A stretch of 60,863 nt of DNA from Gemmatimonadota bacterium (GCA_039589315.1 JBDHHQ010000020.1:1-60863), one strand, 5' to 3'. Positions 39,885 to 50,012 are shown, counted from the stretch's first letter. Made by a program: numbers and translations. The notes: generated by a model from the letters alone, not told the origin.

Positions 39885-40601
39885 ATGCCCCTTCGTCCAC
39901 GGTACGAGCTACTCGCGGCGCTGCTCGACTTCCCAGCCGAAGACTATCCGGCTCGGGTCCGTGCCGCGTCCGAGCGACTTCGGGACCGCTACCCGGCCGC
40001 CGCCGCCGAGCTCGATGCGTTGGCCCAGGCCGTGCCGGGGTCGGGAAACCGCCTGTCGCTCGAGTCCCGCGACGAGCTTCAGGAGATCTTTACGCGAACA
40101 TTCGACGTGCAGGCGATCACGACGCTCGGGGTGGGCTACGTCATGTTCGGCGACGACTACAAGAGGGGCGAGGTTCTCGTCAACCTGAACCGGGAGCATC
40201 GTGACGCGGGTGTCGCGTGTGGCACCGAGCTCCCTGACCACCTTCCCAACGTATTGCGCCTGATGGCACGGTGGGAGGATGAGGCGCTCCTGCGGGAGTT
40301 CGTCGAGGAGATCCTGGCACCAGCGCTCGATCGGATGGTGGAGGAATTCGGCGCCGAGCGCTTGGTGCAGCGGAATCGACTGTACGAGAAGCACTACAAG
40401 ACGCTGATCGCCTCTTCCGCGGAACGACGCACGATGTTTCGACTGCCTCTCGAGGCCCTCCGGATCGTGCTCGCTGAGGACTTCGACCTGCGGCAGCGAC
40501 GCCTGCCGCTTCTGGAGAACGACTTTCTCAGGTCCATAGATCGCGAGCTGGACATCGAGGCGAATGAGGGACGTCCCGCCAAGTCGGGGAAGATGCTATG
40601 A
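39885..40601 (+). CDS. narJ: nitrate reductase Mo-cofactor assembly chaperone
   Basis: LLDFP, FTRTFD, GYVMFGDDYKRG and ELPDHLP; lies between narH and narI. Confidence 0.88.
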   Translation: MPLRPRYELLAALLDFPAEDYPARVRAASERLRDRYPAAAAELDALAQAVPGSGNRLSLESRDELQEIFTRTFDVQAITTLGVGYVMFGDDYKRGEVLVNLNREHRDAGVACGTELPDHLPNVLRLMARWEDEALLREFVEEILAPALDRMVEEFGAERLVQRNRLYEKHYKTLIASSAERRTMFRLPLEALRIVLAEDFDLRQRRLPLLENDFLRSIDRELDIEANEGRPAKSGKML

Positions 40602-41326
40602 ACGCGCTCAACACATTCCTGTTCGTCGCGTTTCCGTACGTGGCGGTCATCGTTTTCGTCGTGGGTGTCACCTACCGGTACCGCCAGCAAGGATTCACGG
40701 TGTCCTCGCTCTCGTCCCAGTTCCTCGAGGGCAAGAAGCTCTTCTGGGGCACGGTTCCCTTCCACCTCGGGATTCTGGTAGTGCTGGTGGGCCACCTGGT
40801 CGCGTTCCTGTTCCCCAGGGCCACGCTGGCCTGGAACAGCATTCCCGTGCGCCTCATCATTCTCGAGGTCACTGCGTTCATCTTTGGACTCACGGTGCTG
40901 GTCGGGCTGGCTGCGCTCATGTACCGGCGCCTCACCAACCCGAGGATCCGTGCCGTGACCACCGGAATGGACGTCACGATCGAGCTTCTTCTCCTCGCGC
41001 AGGTCGTGCTGGGATGCTGGATCGCGCTCGGCTACCGGTGGGGCTCGTCCTGGTTCGCCGCGGACCTCACACCCTATCTGTGGTCGCTGGTCAGCCTGAC
41101 CCCCGAAACGGCGGCGGTATTCGCCCTTCCGTGGGTAATCAAGCTCCACATCGTAGGCGCGTTCGCGATCGTTCTGATGGTTCCGTTCACGCGTTTGGTG
41201 CACTTCGTCGTGGCGCCCTTGCACTACATCGGGCGCCCGTATCAGCAGGTCATCTGGAACTGGGATCGCAAGGCGATTCGAAATCCGGGCACTGCGTGGT
41301 CGGAGACCCGGCCCGACCGCAGCTGA
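40598..41326 (+). CDS. narI: respiratory nitrate reductase gamma subunit (cytochrome b)
   Basis: FPYVA, SSQFLE, heme ligands FHLG..VGH, KLHI and PFTRLVH; ATGA overlap with narJ. Confidence 0.95.
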   Translation: MNALNTFLFVAFPYVAVIVFVVGVTYRYRQQGFTVSSLSSQFLEGKKLFWGTVPFHLGILVVLVGHLVAFLFPRATLAWNSIPVRLIILEVTAFIFGLTVLVGLAALMYRRLTNPRIRAVTTGMDVTIELLLLAQVVLGCWIALGYRWGSSWFAADLTPYLWSLVSLTPETAAVFALPWVIKLHIVGAFAIVLMVPFTRLVHFVVAPLHYIGRPYQQVIWNWDRKAIRNPGTAWSETRPDRS

Positions 41327-41511
41327 GCTCGGAGCAGCCCCTTCCAGCCGGCCCAGTTCGGAGCCGCCCCCTGCGGACGGCTGAGAGAAGACAGAGAGAG
41401 CACGGGTCCGCGGTCCGGCTTGTCCGGACACCCGATACCCCGGCGGTGGTCCTGACGCACCGGCCTCACGTCTGGTGAGTCGATTACAACCGTTGGGTAC
41501 GGGAGTCCCAC

Positions 41512-42969
41512 TTGAGCGGAGAGCCGCGTCGCGCCCACCTCATCCTGGGCCTCAATACGCTGGCATTCACGGTTTGCTTCGCAGCGTGGATGCTCAACGG
41601 CGTGCTGGTCACCTTTCTCGTCGGAAACCAGGTGTTCGACTGGTCCGCCACCCAGATGGGCTGGCTGATCGGGATCCCGGTGCTCACGGGGTCCATCACG
41701 CGCCTGCCGCTAGGCATGCTCACCGACCGGTTCGGTGGTCGCCCGGTGTATACGCTGCTGATGCTCGGGGCGGCCGTTCCCATGTTCTTCCTCGGCTGGG
41801 CCGACTCGTACGCCGAGTTCATGCTGATGAGTCTAGGGTTCGGACTGACGGGCGGCTCCTTCGCGGTAGGCATCGCATTCACGTCGGTGTGGTACTCGCA
41901 CGAGCACCAGGGCACGGCGCTGGGGATCTTCGGTGCAGGAAACGCCGGAGCCGCCGTAACGACGCTGGGTGCCCCATCGCTGCTGCGATGGCTCACCGAT
42001 GGGGGCGTCAACATCGAGGGATGGCGCACCCTTCCGAAGATCTACGCCGCGGCCCTGCTGATCATGGCGATCGTGTTCTGGCTGGGCAGCCAGAACAAGA
42101 GGCCGGTGGGGGCCGAGAAGAAGACGTTGCGGGTCCTGCTGGCGCCGCTGGGTAGCGTTCGAGTCTGGCGGTTCGGCCTGTACTACTTCCTGGTGTTCGG
42201 CGGATTCGTCGCGTTGGCCCAGTGGCTCGTGCCGTACTACGTCAACGTCTACGCCATGTCCATCGTGACGGCGGGCTTGATGACATCGATCTTCTCCCTT
42301 CCCTCCGGCGTGATTCGGGCCCTCGGTGGATGGTTCTCCGATCTGTTCGGACCACGGCGGGTCATGTATTGGGTCCTTACGGTCACGGCTGTCAGCACCT
42401 TCCTGCTCATATTCCCGAAGATGGACATCGAGTCACCGGGCCGCGGCGTCATGGCTCTCGGCGGCGGCTCGGTGACCGATGTCACTCCCACAGAGATCAT
42501 CGTGGGGGAAACGACCTACTCGCTGGTCGCACAGCCGGCGCAGACCAGAGACGGAGACGGAGACTTCCTGCCCTGGCCGGTGATCGAGAGCTGGCACGAG
42601 CCGGCGGTGGTCGTAGGGGATGATGTGCAGAGGAGGCAGCTGCTCGCCGCGGGCACGACCCACATCTACTTCCAGGCCAACGTCTGGGTCTTCACGATGC
42701 TCGTCTTCATCATCGGAATCGCGATGGGGATCGGGAAGGCGGCCGTCTACAAGTACATCCCCAACTACTTCCCCAACGAGGTGGGGGTCGTTGGTGGAAT
42801 CGTCGGAGTCCTGGGTGGGCTCGGCGGGTTCGTATGCCCCATCATCTTCGGCTCTCTGCTCGACTCGCTCGGCCTGTGGACCACGACGTGGATGTTCCTG
42901 TTCGGAGTAACGATCGCCTGCCTGATCTGGCTGAGTCTGGTCGTGCGCAGCATGTCACGGCACATCTGA
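41512..42969 (+). CDS. narK: NarK/NasA family nitrate/nitrite MFS transporter with an extramembrane insertion
   Basis: PVLTGSITRLPLG..TDRFGGR, GTALGIFGAGNAG and GGIVGVLGGLGG nitrate signatures. Confidence 0.9.
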   Translation: MSGEPRRAHLILGLNTLAFTVCFAAWMLNGVLVTFLVGNQVFDWSATQMGWLIGIPVLTGSITRLPLGMLTDRFGGRPVYTLLMLGAAVPMFFLGWADSYAEFMLMSLGFGLTGGSFAVGIAFTSVWYSHEHQGTALGIFGAGNAGAAVTTLGAPSLLRWLTDGGVNIEGWRTLPKIYAAALLIMAIVFWLGSQNKRPVGAEKKTLRVLLAPLGSVRVWRFGLYYFLVFGGFVALAQWLVPYYVNVYAMSIVTAGLMTSIFSLPSGVIRALGGWFSDLFGPRRVMYWVLTVTAVSTFLLIFPKMDIESPGRGVMALGGGSVTDVTPTEIIVGETTYSLVAQPAQTRDGDGDFLPWPVIESWHEPAVVVGDDVQRRQLLAAGTTHIYFQANVWVFTMLVFIIGIAMGIGKAAVYKYIPNYFPNEVGVVGGIVGVLGGLGGFVCPIIFGSLLDSLGLWTTTWMFLFGVTIACLIWLSLVVRSMSRHI

Positions 42970-43015
42970 TGCGCCCGCCGGGAGAGACCGCAGCGCCCCT
43001 TCAACGGGACGACCC

Positions 43016-44566
43016 ATGACCCGGCTCAACGAGTGGAGCGTGGAGGACCGTGAGTTCTGGTCCTCCGACGGAAGCCGCATCGCCTTCCGCAACCTGATCA
43101 TCTCGATCCCGTGCCTCCTCATCGCGTTCGCGGTATGGCTGTTCTGGTCGATCATCATCGTCCAGATGGAGAACCTGGGGTTCCCCTTCTCCACCACCGA
43201 GCTCTACACGCTCCCAGCGGTGGCGGGTCTTGCCGGGGCCACCCTGCGAATCCCGAACTCCTTCATGATCGCCATCGGTGGTGGTCGGAACGTCATCGGC
43301 GTGACCACGGCCCTGCTGATCATCCCCACGCTGGGTGTGGGGTTTGCCCTCCAGAACCCCGAGTCCACGTACCTGACCTTCGTCGTGCTGGCCATCGTCA
43401 GTGGCATCGGTGGGGGTGCCTTCGCCTCGTCCATGTCCAACATCAGCTTCTTCTTCCCGACGAGGATGCAGGGTCTCTCGCTGGGGCTCAACGCGGGGCT
43501 CGGCAACGTCGGCGTGAGCGTGATGCAGGTCCTGCTGCCCTGGGTGATGGGCTTCGCGGTGCTGGGAGCGCTCAGCGGTGCCCCACGCGCTCTACCGGAG
43601 GAGTTGGGCGGGGACTTCGTCTGGATCCAGAACGCCGGTCTGGTGTGGGTCCCTGCGCTCGTGATCCTCACCGTGGCCGCCTTCACGCTCATGAACAACC
43701 TGCCCATGCACGACGTGGGGAAGACTCCCGTCGCCATCGGGAAGATCCTATGGCTGGAGGCCATGGGGTTCGGTGGGGCGGTCTTCGGCGTGGTGCTGCT
43801 CCTGGGTGTGGACGTGCCGCTCCCGGACCTGGTCAAGGTTTTCCTGGTGTTGGTCCTCACCATCACCACCACGCTCTTCCTGATGCGGTTCGCGACGCCC
43901 GGTCCCGTGAGGGACAACCTGGCCAGTCAGTTCGCCATCTTCCGGGAAAAGCACAACTGGGTGATGACGTGGCTGTATACGATGACGTTCGGATCGTTCA
44001 TCGGGTACTCGGCGGCGTTTCCCAAGCTCATCCAGGACGTGTTCGGCACGTTGCCGGACGGCACAGTGAACCCGAACGCCCCCAACCCGCTCCAGTACGC
44101 ATGGTTGGGGCCTCTGGTCGGGTCGTTGGTGAGACCCGTGGGAGGATGGATCTCGGACAAGCTCGGCGGCGCGCGCGTCACGCACTGGGACACGGTCGTG
44201 ATGATCGGCTCGGCCCTGGGCGTGGCCTACTTCGTCAAGGCCGCCGGGTCCGCTCCGACTCCCGAGGCGTACTGGTGGCCGTTCTTCTGGCTGTTCATGC
44301 TGCTGTTCATCACAACGGGCATCGGCAACGGGTCAACCTTCCGGATGGTCCCGATCATCTTCAAACCGGCGATGGCCGGTCCGGTGCTGGGATGGACCTC
44401 GGCGGTGGCGGCGTACGGCGCCTTCCTGATCCCCAGGATCTTCGGCAGCCAGATCGAAGCGGGGACCCCCGAATACGGACTGTACGGCTTCACGGCCTAC
44501 TACGTGAGCTGTCTGATCGTGAACTGGTGGTTCTACGCCCGTAAGGGAGCTGAAATACCATGCTGA
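43016..44566 (+). CDS. narK: NarK2-type nitrate/nitrite antiporter
   Basis: GATLRIP, FASSMSNISFFFP..QG..LGLNAGLGN, TFGSFIGYS and GIGNGSTFRM. Confidence 0.92.
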   Translation: MTRLNEWSVEDREFWSSDGSRIAFRNLIISIPCLLIAFAVWLFWSIIIVQMENLGFPFSTTELYTLPAVAGLAGATLRIPNSFMIAIGGGRNVIGVTTALLIIPTLGVGFALQNPESTYLTFVVLAIVSGIGGGAFASSMSNISFFFPTRMQGLSLGLNAGLGNVGVSVMQVLLPWVMGFAVLGALSGAPRALPEELGGDFVWIQNAGLVWVPALVILTVAAFTLMNNLPMHDVGKTPVAIGKILWLEAMGFGGAVFGVVLLLGVDVPLPDLVKVFLVLVLTITTTLFLMRFATPGPVRDNLASQFAIFREKHNWVMTWLYTMTFGSFIGYSAAFPKLIQDVFGTLPDGTVNPNAPNPLQYAWLGPLVGSLVRPVGGWISDKLGGARVTHWDTVVMIGSALGVAYFVKAAGSAPTPEAYWWPFFWLFMLLFITTGIGNGSTFRMVPIIFKPAMAGPVLGWTSAVAAYGAFLIPRIFGSQIEAGTPEYGLYGFTAYYVSCLIVNWWFYARKGAEIPC

Positions 44567-44663
44567 CCTGCCACGGCCCTCGCGTCGTGCGACGGAGGCG
44601 CCCGACAATGGGAGCGCCCGGGGGCCGTGATCGCGGATCCGCGACTTCGGATGGGAAGGACTG

Positions 44664-45167
44664 ATGCAGCACCCACGACGGATCCTCTTGGAAGGTCTGG
44701 TGGCGGGCCTCATCGGGGCCGGGGCCGTGGCTGCCTGGTTTCTCATCGTCGACACCATTGGCGGGCGGCCTTTCTTCACCCCGGCGGTCCTGGGCTCCGC
44801 GGCGACGACGGGCCTGAGAGATCCGTCCGAAGTCGTGATCGGATTCCAGTCCGTGGCGGCCTATACGGCATTCCACGTTCTCGCGTTTTTCGCTGTGGGC
44901 GTGGTGGCGGCGACGCTGGCCGCCGAGGCCGAGCGATCGCTCAACGTGCTCTGGTTGGTCGCCGAGTTCTTCATCGTCTTCGAGATCGGCTTCTATGCCG
45001 CCGTCGGCGTGATCTTCAGCCCTCTGCTGGCGGAGCTGGCCTGGATCAACGTGGCCGTGGGGAATCTGATCGCCGCGGTGGCGATGGGCTACTACCTCTG
45101 GCGCGCCCGTCCAGGCATCGGCGCCCGGCTGGCGGGGACCCACTCGGAGGACCCGGGAACCGAATAA
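44664..45167 (+). CDS. hypothetical membrane protein (about 4 TM helices)
   Basis: GAAGGA RBS; hydrophobic helices; GRPFFTPAVLG motif. Confidence 0.75.
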   Translation: MQHPRRILLEGLVAGLIGAGAVAAWFLIVDTIGGRPFFTPAVLGSAATTGLRDPSEVVIGFQSVAAYTAFHVLAFFAVGVVAATLAAEAERSLNVLWLVAEFFIVFEIGFYAAVGVIFSPLLAELAWINVAVGNLIAAVAMGYYLWRARPGIGARLAGTHSEDPGTE

Positions 45168-45235
45168 ACTCAGGATCCGTGCGCCTCGGCTTCCACACAC
45201 CTGCCGGGGCTCACGGCCTCTATGGAGGGTGCGGC

Positions 45236-45673
45236 ATGCTGGCATTCAGAAACGTTCTCATACCTGTGGATTTCTCCGACTTCTCCCGTCAAGCGATCAA
45301 GGCCTGCTCGACCCTATTCGCTGGCGACGACCCGATGGAGTTCCACTTCGTCCATGTCTGGCGGATCCCCTCGGAGCAAGCCGTGACAGATCCCCGGCCC
45401 GAGCTCCTGCAGCAGCTCGAGGGCTGCGTGGGCGAGTTCACTCACGCGGGCGAGCACACCTCCCGCGTGGAGCTGCTCACGGGCCACCCGGCGACCGCCA
45501 TCTGTTCCTACGCGCGTGATCACGGGTGCGATCTCATCGCCATGGCGACCCACGGACGCACGGGCCTCGCCCACCTGCTCATCGGTTCCACGACGGAGGT
45601 CGTGGTGCGGCATGCGCCGTGTCCGGTTCTCACGCTGCCGCTCTCGCAGGTGACGGCAGAACCGGCAACCTGA
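45236..45673 (+). CDS. universal stress protein
   Basis: NVLIPVDFS, DLIAMATHGRTG...LIGSTTE.VVR.APCPVL. Confidence 0.92.
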   Translation: MLAFRNVLIPVDFSDFSRQAIKACSTLFAGDDPMEFHFVHVWRIPSEQAVTDPRPELLQQLEGCVGEFTHAGEHTSRVELLTGHPATAICSYARDHGCDLIAMATHGRTGLAHLLIGSTTEVVVRHAPCPVLTLPLSQVTAEPAT

Positions 45674-45885
45674 GTGCACCAGGCCCGCCCAACTCGACTG
45701 CGGCCGGGACAGCTCCGTAGGCGGGTCCCGCACATCGCCGTGGGCGTTCGTCCCGAAAGCATTGGCCCAGCCGCGGCGGCAGCTTGTGGGAGTCCCCATC
45801 GTCTAACGCTGTCCAAGGATCCGCCATGATCGCTCGTGGAGCGGCAGAGGCAACATCGCGCACGACGTCTGCTAGGAGCCGTTTC

Positions 45886-47139
45886 ATGGCACACGGAATG
45901 GGCATAGCTCCGGCGGGCCGGGGCCGAGGGCGTCGGACCTTCGCTCCTGTCGCGGCCGCCGTGGCGGCGGTCGCTGCGGTGGCTCCCGCCCCACCGGCCT
46001 CGGCTCAGGACGCGGACGTGACGTTCGGTGCCCAGGTCCGCCCCCGGTTCGAATACCGCGACCCCACGCCTCTGGAGAGCAGCTCCTTCGTCTCCATGAG
46101 GGTCCGGGCCCACGTTGAGGCATCCCTCCCCGAGGGTGTGGGGCTGTTCGTTCAGTTCCAGGACGTGCGCCTCTGGGGTTCGGAAGCAAGCACACTGGGC
46201 GACTTCACCGCTGACAATCTGGATCTGCACCAGGGATACCTGCAGCTCGAGGCTGGTGCCGAGAACTGGTTCACGGGCCGTGCGGGTCGCCAGCGCAGCC
46301 GCTTTGGCGGCGAGCGACTCGTGGGGTGGGTGGATTGGACCCAGCAGGGTCGCGCGTTCGACGGTGTTCGGCTCATCGCCGACCGGCCCTGGGGGCGCGT
46401 GGATTTGGTGGGATACCAGGTCGAGGAGTCGATCTCCGCGGCTCACGAGGGCGACGGCGCCTTCTTCGGCCTGCACTCCTCACTCGAGCGGGTCGCCGGG
46501 GGAACCCTGGATGCGTACGGATTCCTGAACCACGTGATCGCAGACGAAGAGACCGACGAGGCCGAGCAGGCGACGCTGGGACTGCGACACGTGGCAGCGG
46601 GCGATCGCTTCCGGTACCGAGCCGAAGCGTCGTATCAGTTCGGCGACCGGGGCGGACGCTCTGTCACGGCCTTCATGCTCGGCGCCCGTGTCGCCAGGAA
46701 CCTGGGAGGGAAGGGGTGGGTGACCCTCTGGTACGACTACCTCTCCGGGGGCGCTCCCGACGCCGAGAAGATCAAGGTCTTCGACACCCTCTTCGCCACG
46801 AACCACAAGTTCTACGGCTTGGCCGATCTCTTCCTGAACATCCCCCGGGACACGGATGGCAGGGGGCTTCAGGACCTGGCACTCAAGGCCCAGTACACGG
46901 GAATCCCCAGGCTTCCGCTGAGCCTGGACCTTCATGCCTTCTGGGTGGCCAACGCCGAGGGGCTCGACTCCGGGCACTTGGGCGAAGAGGTGGACCTCAC
47001 CGCTGTCTACCGGTATTCGCAGCACCTCGCCGTGATCGGGGGATTCTCCTACGTGTTCCAGAGTCAGGGCCTGGCCGACATCGGTCGCCTCAACCAGGAT
47101 CAGACGTGGACGTACGTGATGCTCAACGCGACGTTCTGA
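45886..47139 (+). CDS. alginate-export family outer-membrane beta-barrel
   Basis: Signal peptide, VRPRFEYR, FQDVRLWG, GRQ...FG.ERLVG..DW...GRAFDG, ATNHKFYG.AD and terminal Phe. Confidence 0.85.
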   Translation: MAHGMGIAPAGRGRGRRTFAPVAAAVAAVAAVAPAPPASAQDADVTFGAQVRPRFEYRDPTPLESSSFVSMRVRAHVEASLPEGVGLFVQFQDVRLWGSEASTLGDFTADNLDLHQGYLQLEAGAENWFTGRAGRQRSRFGGERLVGWVDWTQQGRAFDGVRLIADRPWGRVDLVGYQVEESISAAHEGDGAFFGLHSSLERVAGGTLDAYGFLNHVIADEETDEAEQATLGLRHVAAGDRFRYRAEASYQFGDRGGRSVTAFMLGARVARNLGGKGWVTLWYDYLSGGAPDAEKIKVFDTLFATNHKFYGLADLFLNIPRDTDGRGLQDLALKAQYTGIPRLPLSLDLHAFWVANAEGLDSGHLGEEVDLTAVYRYSQHLAVIGGFSYVFQSQGLADIGRLNQDQTWTYVMLNATF

Positions 47140-47351
47140 CGGGTCACGTTCTCGGATCCGCCTCCGACGCCTGACGTACGGCAGTAATCGCAGAGGCTCG
47201 CGGGCTTGCCCGGGCAATCCATCACACCCGTCCTCGGGGCCGCGCCGGGCCATCGTCCTTGATCCGACCCAACTGAGCGGCGCATCTTCCCATTGCCTTT
47301 CGTGGCGCGGGCCCCTCTCTGCTGCATGAGACTCCGACCCCGAGGAGCGAC

Positions 47352-48743
47352 GTGGCCACCCGTCCCCCACCACCGTCGGCTCGATCGAGGGTGCCCAAAC
47401 CGAAGAGCGGATTGGAGCGCGCGCTAAGCGTCTTCACCGACGTCCGAGCCGGCGAGGGGACGAGCGCGCTCCTTCTGGCGCTCAACATCTTCCTGATCCT
47501 GGCGGCGTACTATCTGCTCCGGAACGTACGCCAGACGCTGATTCTCACCGAGCAGGCCCCGTTCGGCTGGAGCGGGGCTCAGTTGGCGGCCTACAGCGCG
47601 GCCGGGCAGGCCTTACTGCTGCTCCTGGTCGTGCCTGTATACGGCTGGCTGGCCACCCGCATCCCGCGCATTCCCCTGATCACCACGACGACGCTGTTCT
47701 TCATTCTCAACCTGGTGATCTTCTATATGGCGGGTCGAGCCGGCGCTCGCGAAGGGGCTGTCTTCTACATCTGGCTGGGGGTCTTCAACGTCTTCGTGAT
47801 CGCTCAGTTCTGGGCGTATGCCAACGACCTGTACACGGAGGAACAAGGTAAGCGCCTGTTCCCCCTGGTCGGCGTCGGTATGTCCGCGGGTGCGTTGGTC
47901 GGCGCCATGGTCATCTTTCCGCTGGTGGGGCGCTTCCAGTTCACGCCGTACACGCTGATGATGTTGTCCGCGGTGGTCCTCCTCGTCGCGCTGGGCTTCA
48001 CGTTCCTCATCAACCGTCGCGAGGTGGGGCGGGCGAGGCCGGAGGCCGTCCAGGCGAACGAGCAGCCGTTGGGGCCGGAGGGCGGCTTCGAGCTCGTGTT
48101 GAAGGACCGGTATCTCACCTGGATCGCCGTCCTCATCATCCTGCTCAACGTGGTGAACAGTACTGGGGGGTTCCTGCTCAACTACCTCGTCGAAAGCCGG
48201 GGCGCGGAGCTCGCCGACGAGGCCGCCCAGCAGCAGTTCGTCTCACTGTTCTTCGGCGGGTTCGACACAGCCGTCTCGTTACTGGGCCTGCTTCTGCAGC
48301 TCTTCGTCACGTCGCGCGCGTTCAAGTACCTCGGCGTGGGTGGATCACTGTTCATTCTGCCGACGATCGCCCTCGTCAATTACGCGGTCATCGCTCTGAT
48401 TCCCGTCCTGGCCGTCATTCGCGTCGGCAAGATTCTGGAGAACAGCACGGACTACTCGATCCAGAACACCCTTCGCCACGCTCTCTTCCTGCCGACCTCC
48501 AGGGAAGCCAAATACAAGGCCAAAGCAGCCGTGGACACGTTCTGCACCCGTGTGGGCGACGTGTTACAGGCCCTACTCGTTTTCGGCGGGACGACGATCG
48601 GGCTGTCCGTCGCCGGGTTCGCCTGGGTGAACGTGTTCCTGACGGGGGTCTGGTTGCTGATCGCCCGGCTCATCGCCATGGAGCACCGACGTAGAACGGC
48701 TGGGGATCGCGTCCGTCGTGCCGCTGCGCCGACGCAACCCTGA
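47352..48743 (+). CDS. Npt1/Npt2 (TLC) family nucleotide transporter
   Basis: AYYLLRNVRQ.LI, QFWAYANDLY..EQGKRLFP, DYSIQNT.R..LFLP...EAKYKAK..VDTF..R.GD. Confidence 0.87.
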   Translation: MATRPPPPSARSRVPKPKSGLERALSVFTDVRAGEGTSALLLALNIFLILAAYYLLRNVRQTLILTEQAPFGWSGAQLAAYSAAGQALLLLLVVPVYGWLATRIPRIPLITTTTLFFILNLVIFYMAGRAGAREGAVFYIWLGVFNVFVIAQFWAYANDLYTEEQGKRLFPLVGVGMSAGALVGAMVIFPLVGRFQFTPYTLMMLSAVVLLVALGFTFLINRREVGRARPEAVQANEQPLGPEGGFELVLKDRYLTWIAVLIILLNVVNSTGGFLLNYLVESRGAELADEAAQQQFVSLFFGGFDTAVSLLGLLLQLFVTSRAFKYLGVGGSLFILPTIALVNYAVIALIPVLAVIRVGKILENSTDYSIQNTLRHALFLPTSREAKYKAKAAVDTFCTRVGDVLQALLVFGGTTIGLSVAGFAWVNVFLTGVWLLIARLIAMEHRRRTAGDRVRRAAAPTQP

Positions 48744-48869
48744 TGAGAGAAGCTCGTGATCGGGATCGGTGCATTCCGGCCATCACGCCATTTCAGGGAT
48801 TTCCCCACTGGATAAAGCGCGGTCCGAGGTGCACACTGCCAGTCCCGTGAACCCCGACAGGAGCACCTC

Positions 48870-49961
48870 ATGGCGACCGCCTCTGAACCTCCCTATCGCA
48901 TCGGCGTCCTTGGAGGAGACGGGATCGGACCCGACGTGCTGGACCAGGGGCTGCGCGTGTTGGAGGCCGTCACGGGGCGAGAGGGCATCCAATACGAGCT
49001 GATCGAGTACCCCTACAGCGGTGCCCATTACCTGGAGACCGGGGAACTGGTCACGCCCGAGGTCATCGACGAGTGGCGTGGGTTGGATGCGGTGCTCCTC
49101 GGGGCCATCGGGCATCCGGACGTGGAAGCCGGCCTGGTCGAGAGCTCGGTGATTCTCGGTCTCCGCTTCGGCCTCGACCTCTTCGTCAACCTCCGGCCCA
49201 TCAAGCTCTACGCGGAGCATCTAGGACCCCTGAAGAACAAGGGCCCCGACGACATCGACTTCGTCGTAGTGCGCGAAAACACCGAGGGGCTCTACTCCCA
49301 GATCGGCGGGCGGAGGGCGGTGGGCACGCCGGAGGAGATCGCCACGGTCACGGGCCTCTACACGTACAAGGGGGTCGAGCGAGTCATCCGTTACTCCTTC
49401 GAGCTGGCTCGCAAGCGCGCGGCCGCTCGCGGGCCAGGCGGGCGGCCCCCCAAGCTCACGCTGGTCGACAAGGCAAACGCCATCCGGCCCCATCAGATCT
49501 GGCGCGACATCTTCGCCAAGGTGGGCGCCGAGTTCCCCGACGTCGAGCAGGATGCGGCATACGTGGATGCCTGCTGCATGTGGATGATCAAGAACCCCGA
49601 GTGGTTCGACGTCATCGTCACCACGAACCTCTTCGGCGACATCATCACCGACCTGGGTGCCATGCTGCAGGGCGGCATGGGCATCGCGGCGTCAGGCAAC
49701 ATCCACCCGGGCCGAGCGTCCATGTTCGAGCCCATCCACGGCTCGGCGCCCAAGCACGCCGGCAAGAACGTGGCATGCCCCATCGGCGCCATCATGGCCG
49801 TGGGCATGATGCTCGAGCACCTCGGGGAAACGGATGCGGCCCGCAAGGTGGAAGATGCCGTGGCGCGTCTCCTCCAGAGCGGCCGGGTCACGTCGTTGGA
49901 TTCTCGGAGCGGGATCTCCACCTCGGCCATGGGGGACATGGTGCTGGAGGAGCTGGGGTAG
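48870..49961 (+). CDS. leuB: 3-isopropylmalate dehydrogenase (beta-decarboxylating dehydrogenase family)
   Basis: GDGIGP, NLRP, VRENTEGLY, VDKAN, NLFGDIITD and FEPIHGSAP. Substrate specificity is not provable from sequence. Confidence 0.8.
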   Translation: MATASEPPYRIGVLGGDGIGPDVLDQGLRVLEAVTGREGIQYELIEYPYSGAHYLETGELVTPEVIDEWRGLDAVLLGAIGHPDVEAGLVESSVILGLRFGLDLFVNLRPIKLYAEHLGPLKNKGPDDIDFVVVRENTEGLYSQIGGRRAVGTPEEIATVTGLYTYKGVERVIRYSFELARKRAAARGPGGRPPKLTLVDKANAIRPHQIWRDIFAKVGAEFPDVEQDAAYVDACCMWMIKNPEWFDVIVTTNLFGDIITDLGAMLQGGMGIAASGNIHPGRASMFEPIHGSAPKHAGKNVACPIGAIMAVGMMLEHLGETDAARKVEDAVARLLQSGRVTSLDSRSGISTSAMGDMVLEELG

Positions 49962-50012
49962 GAGTCCGGTCGGAGACCTGCAGTCCTGCGGTCCCCTCAC
50001 CCCTCGGAGCGC

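Noticed and set aside
41370..41480. TPP- or Moco-riboswitch-like words (GCTGAGA, ACCC, CCTGA) between narI and narK
   Set aside because: Spacing and the conserved 3' half do not match, and a TPP riboswitch makes no sense in this context.
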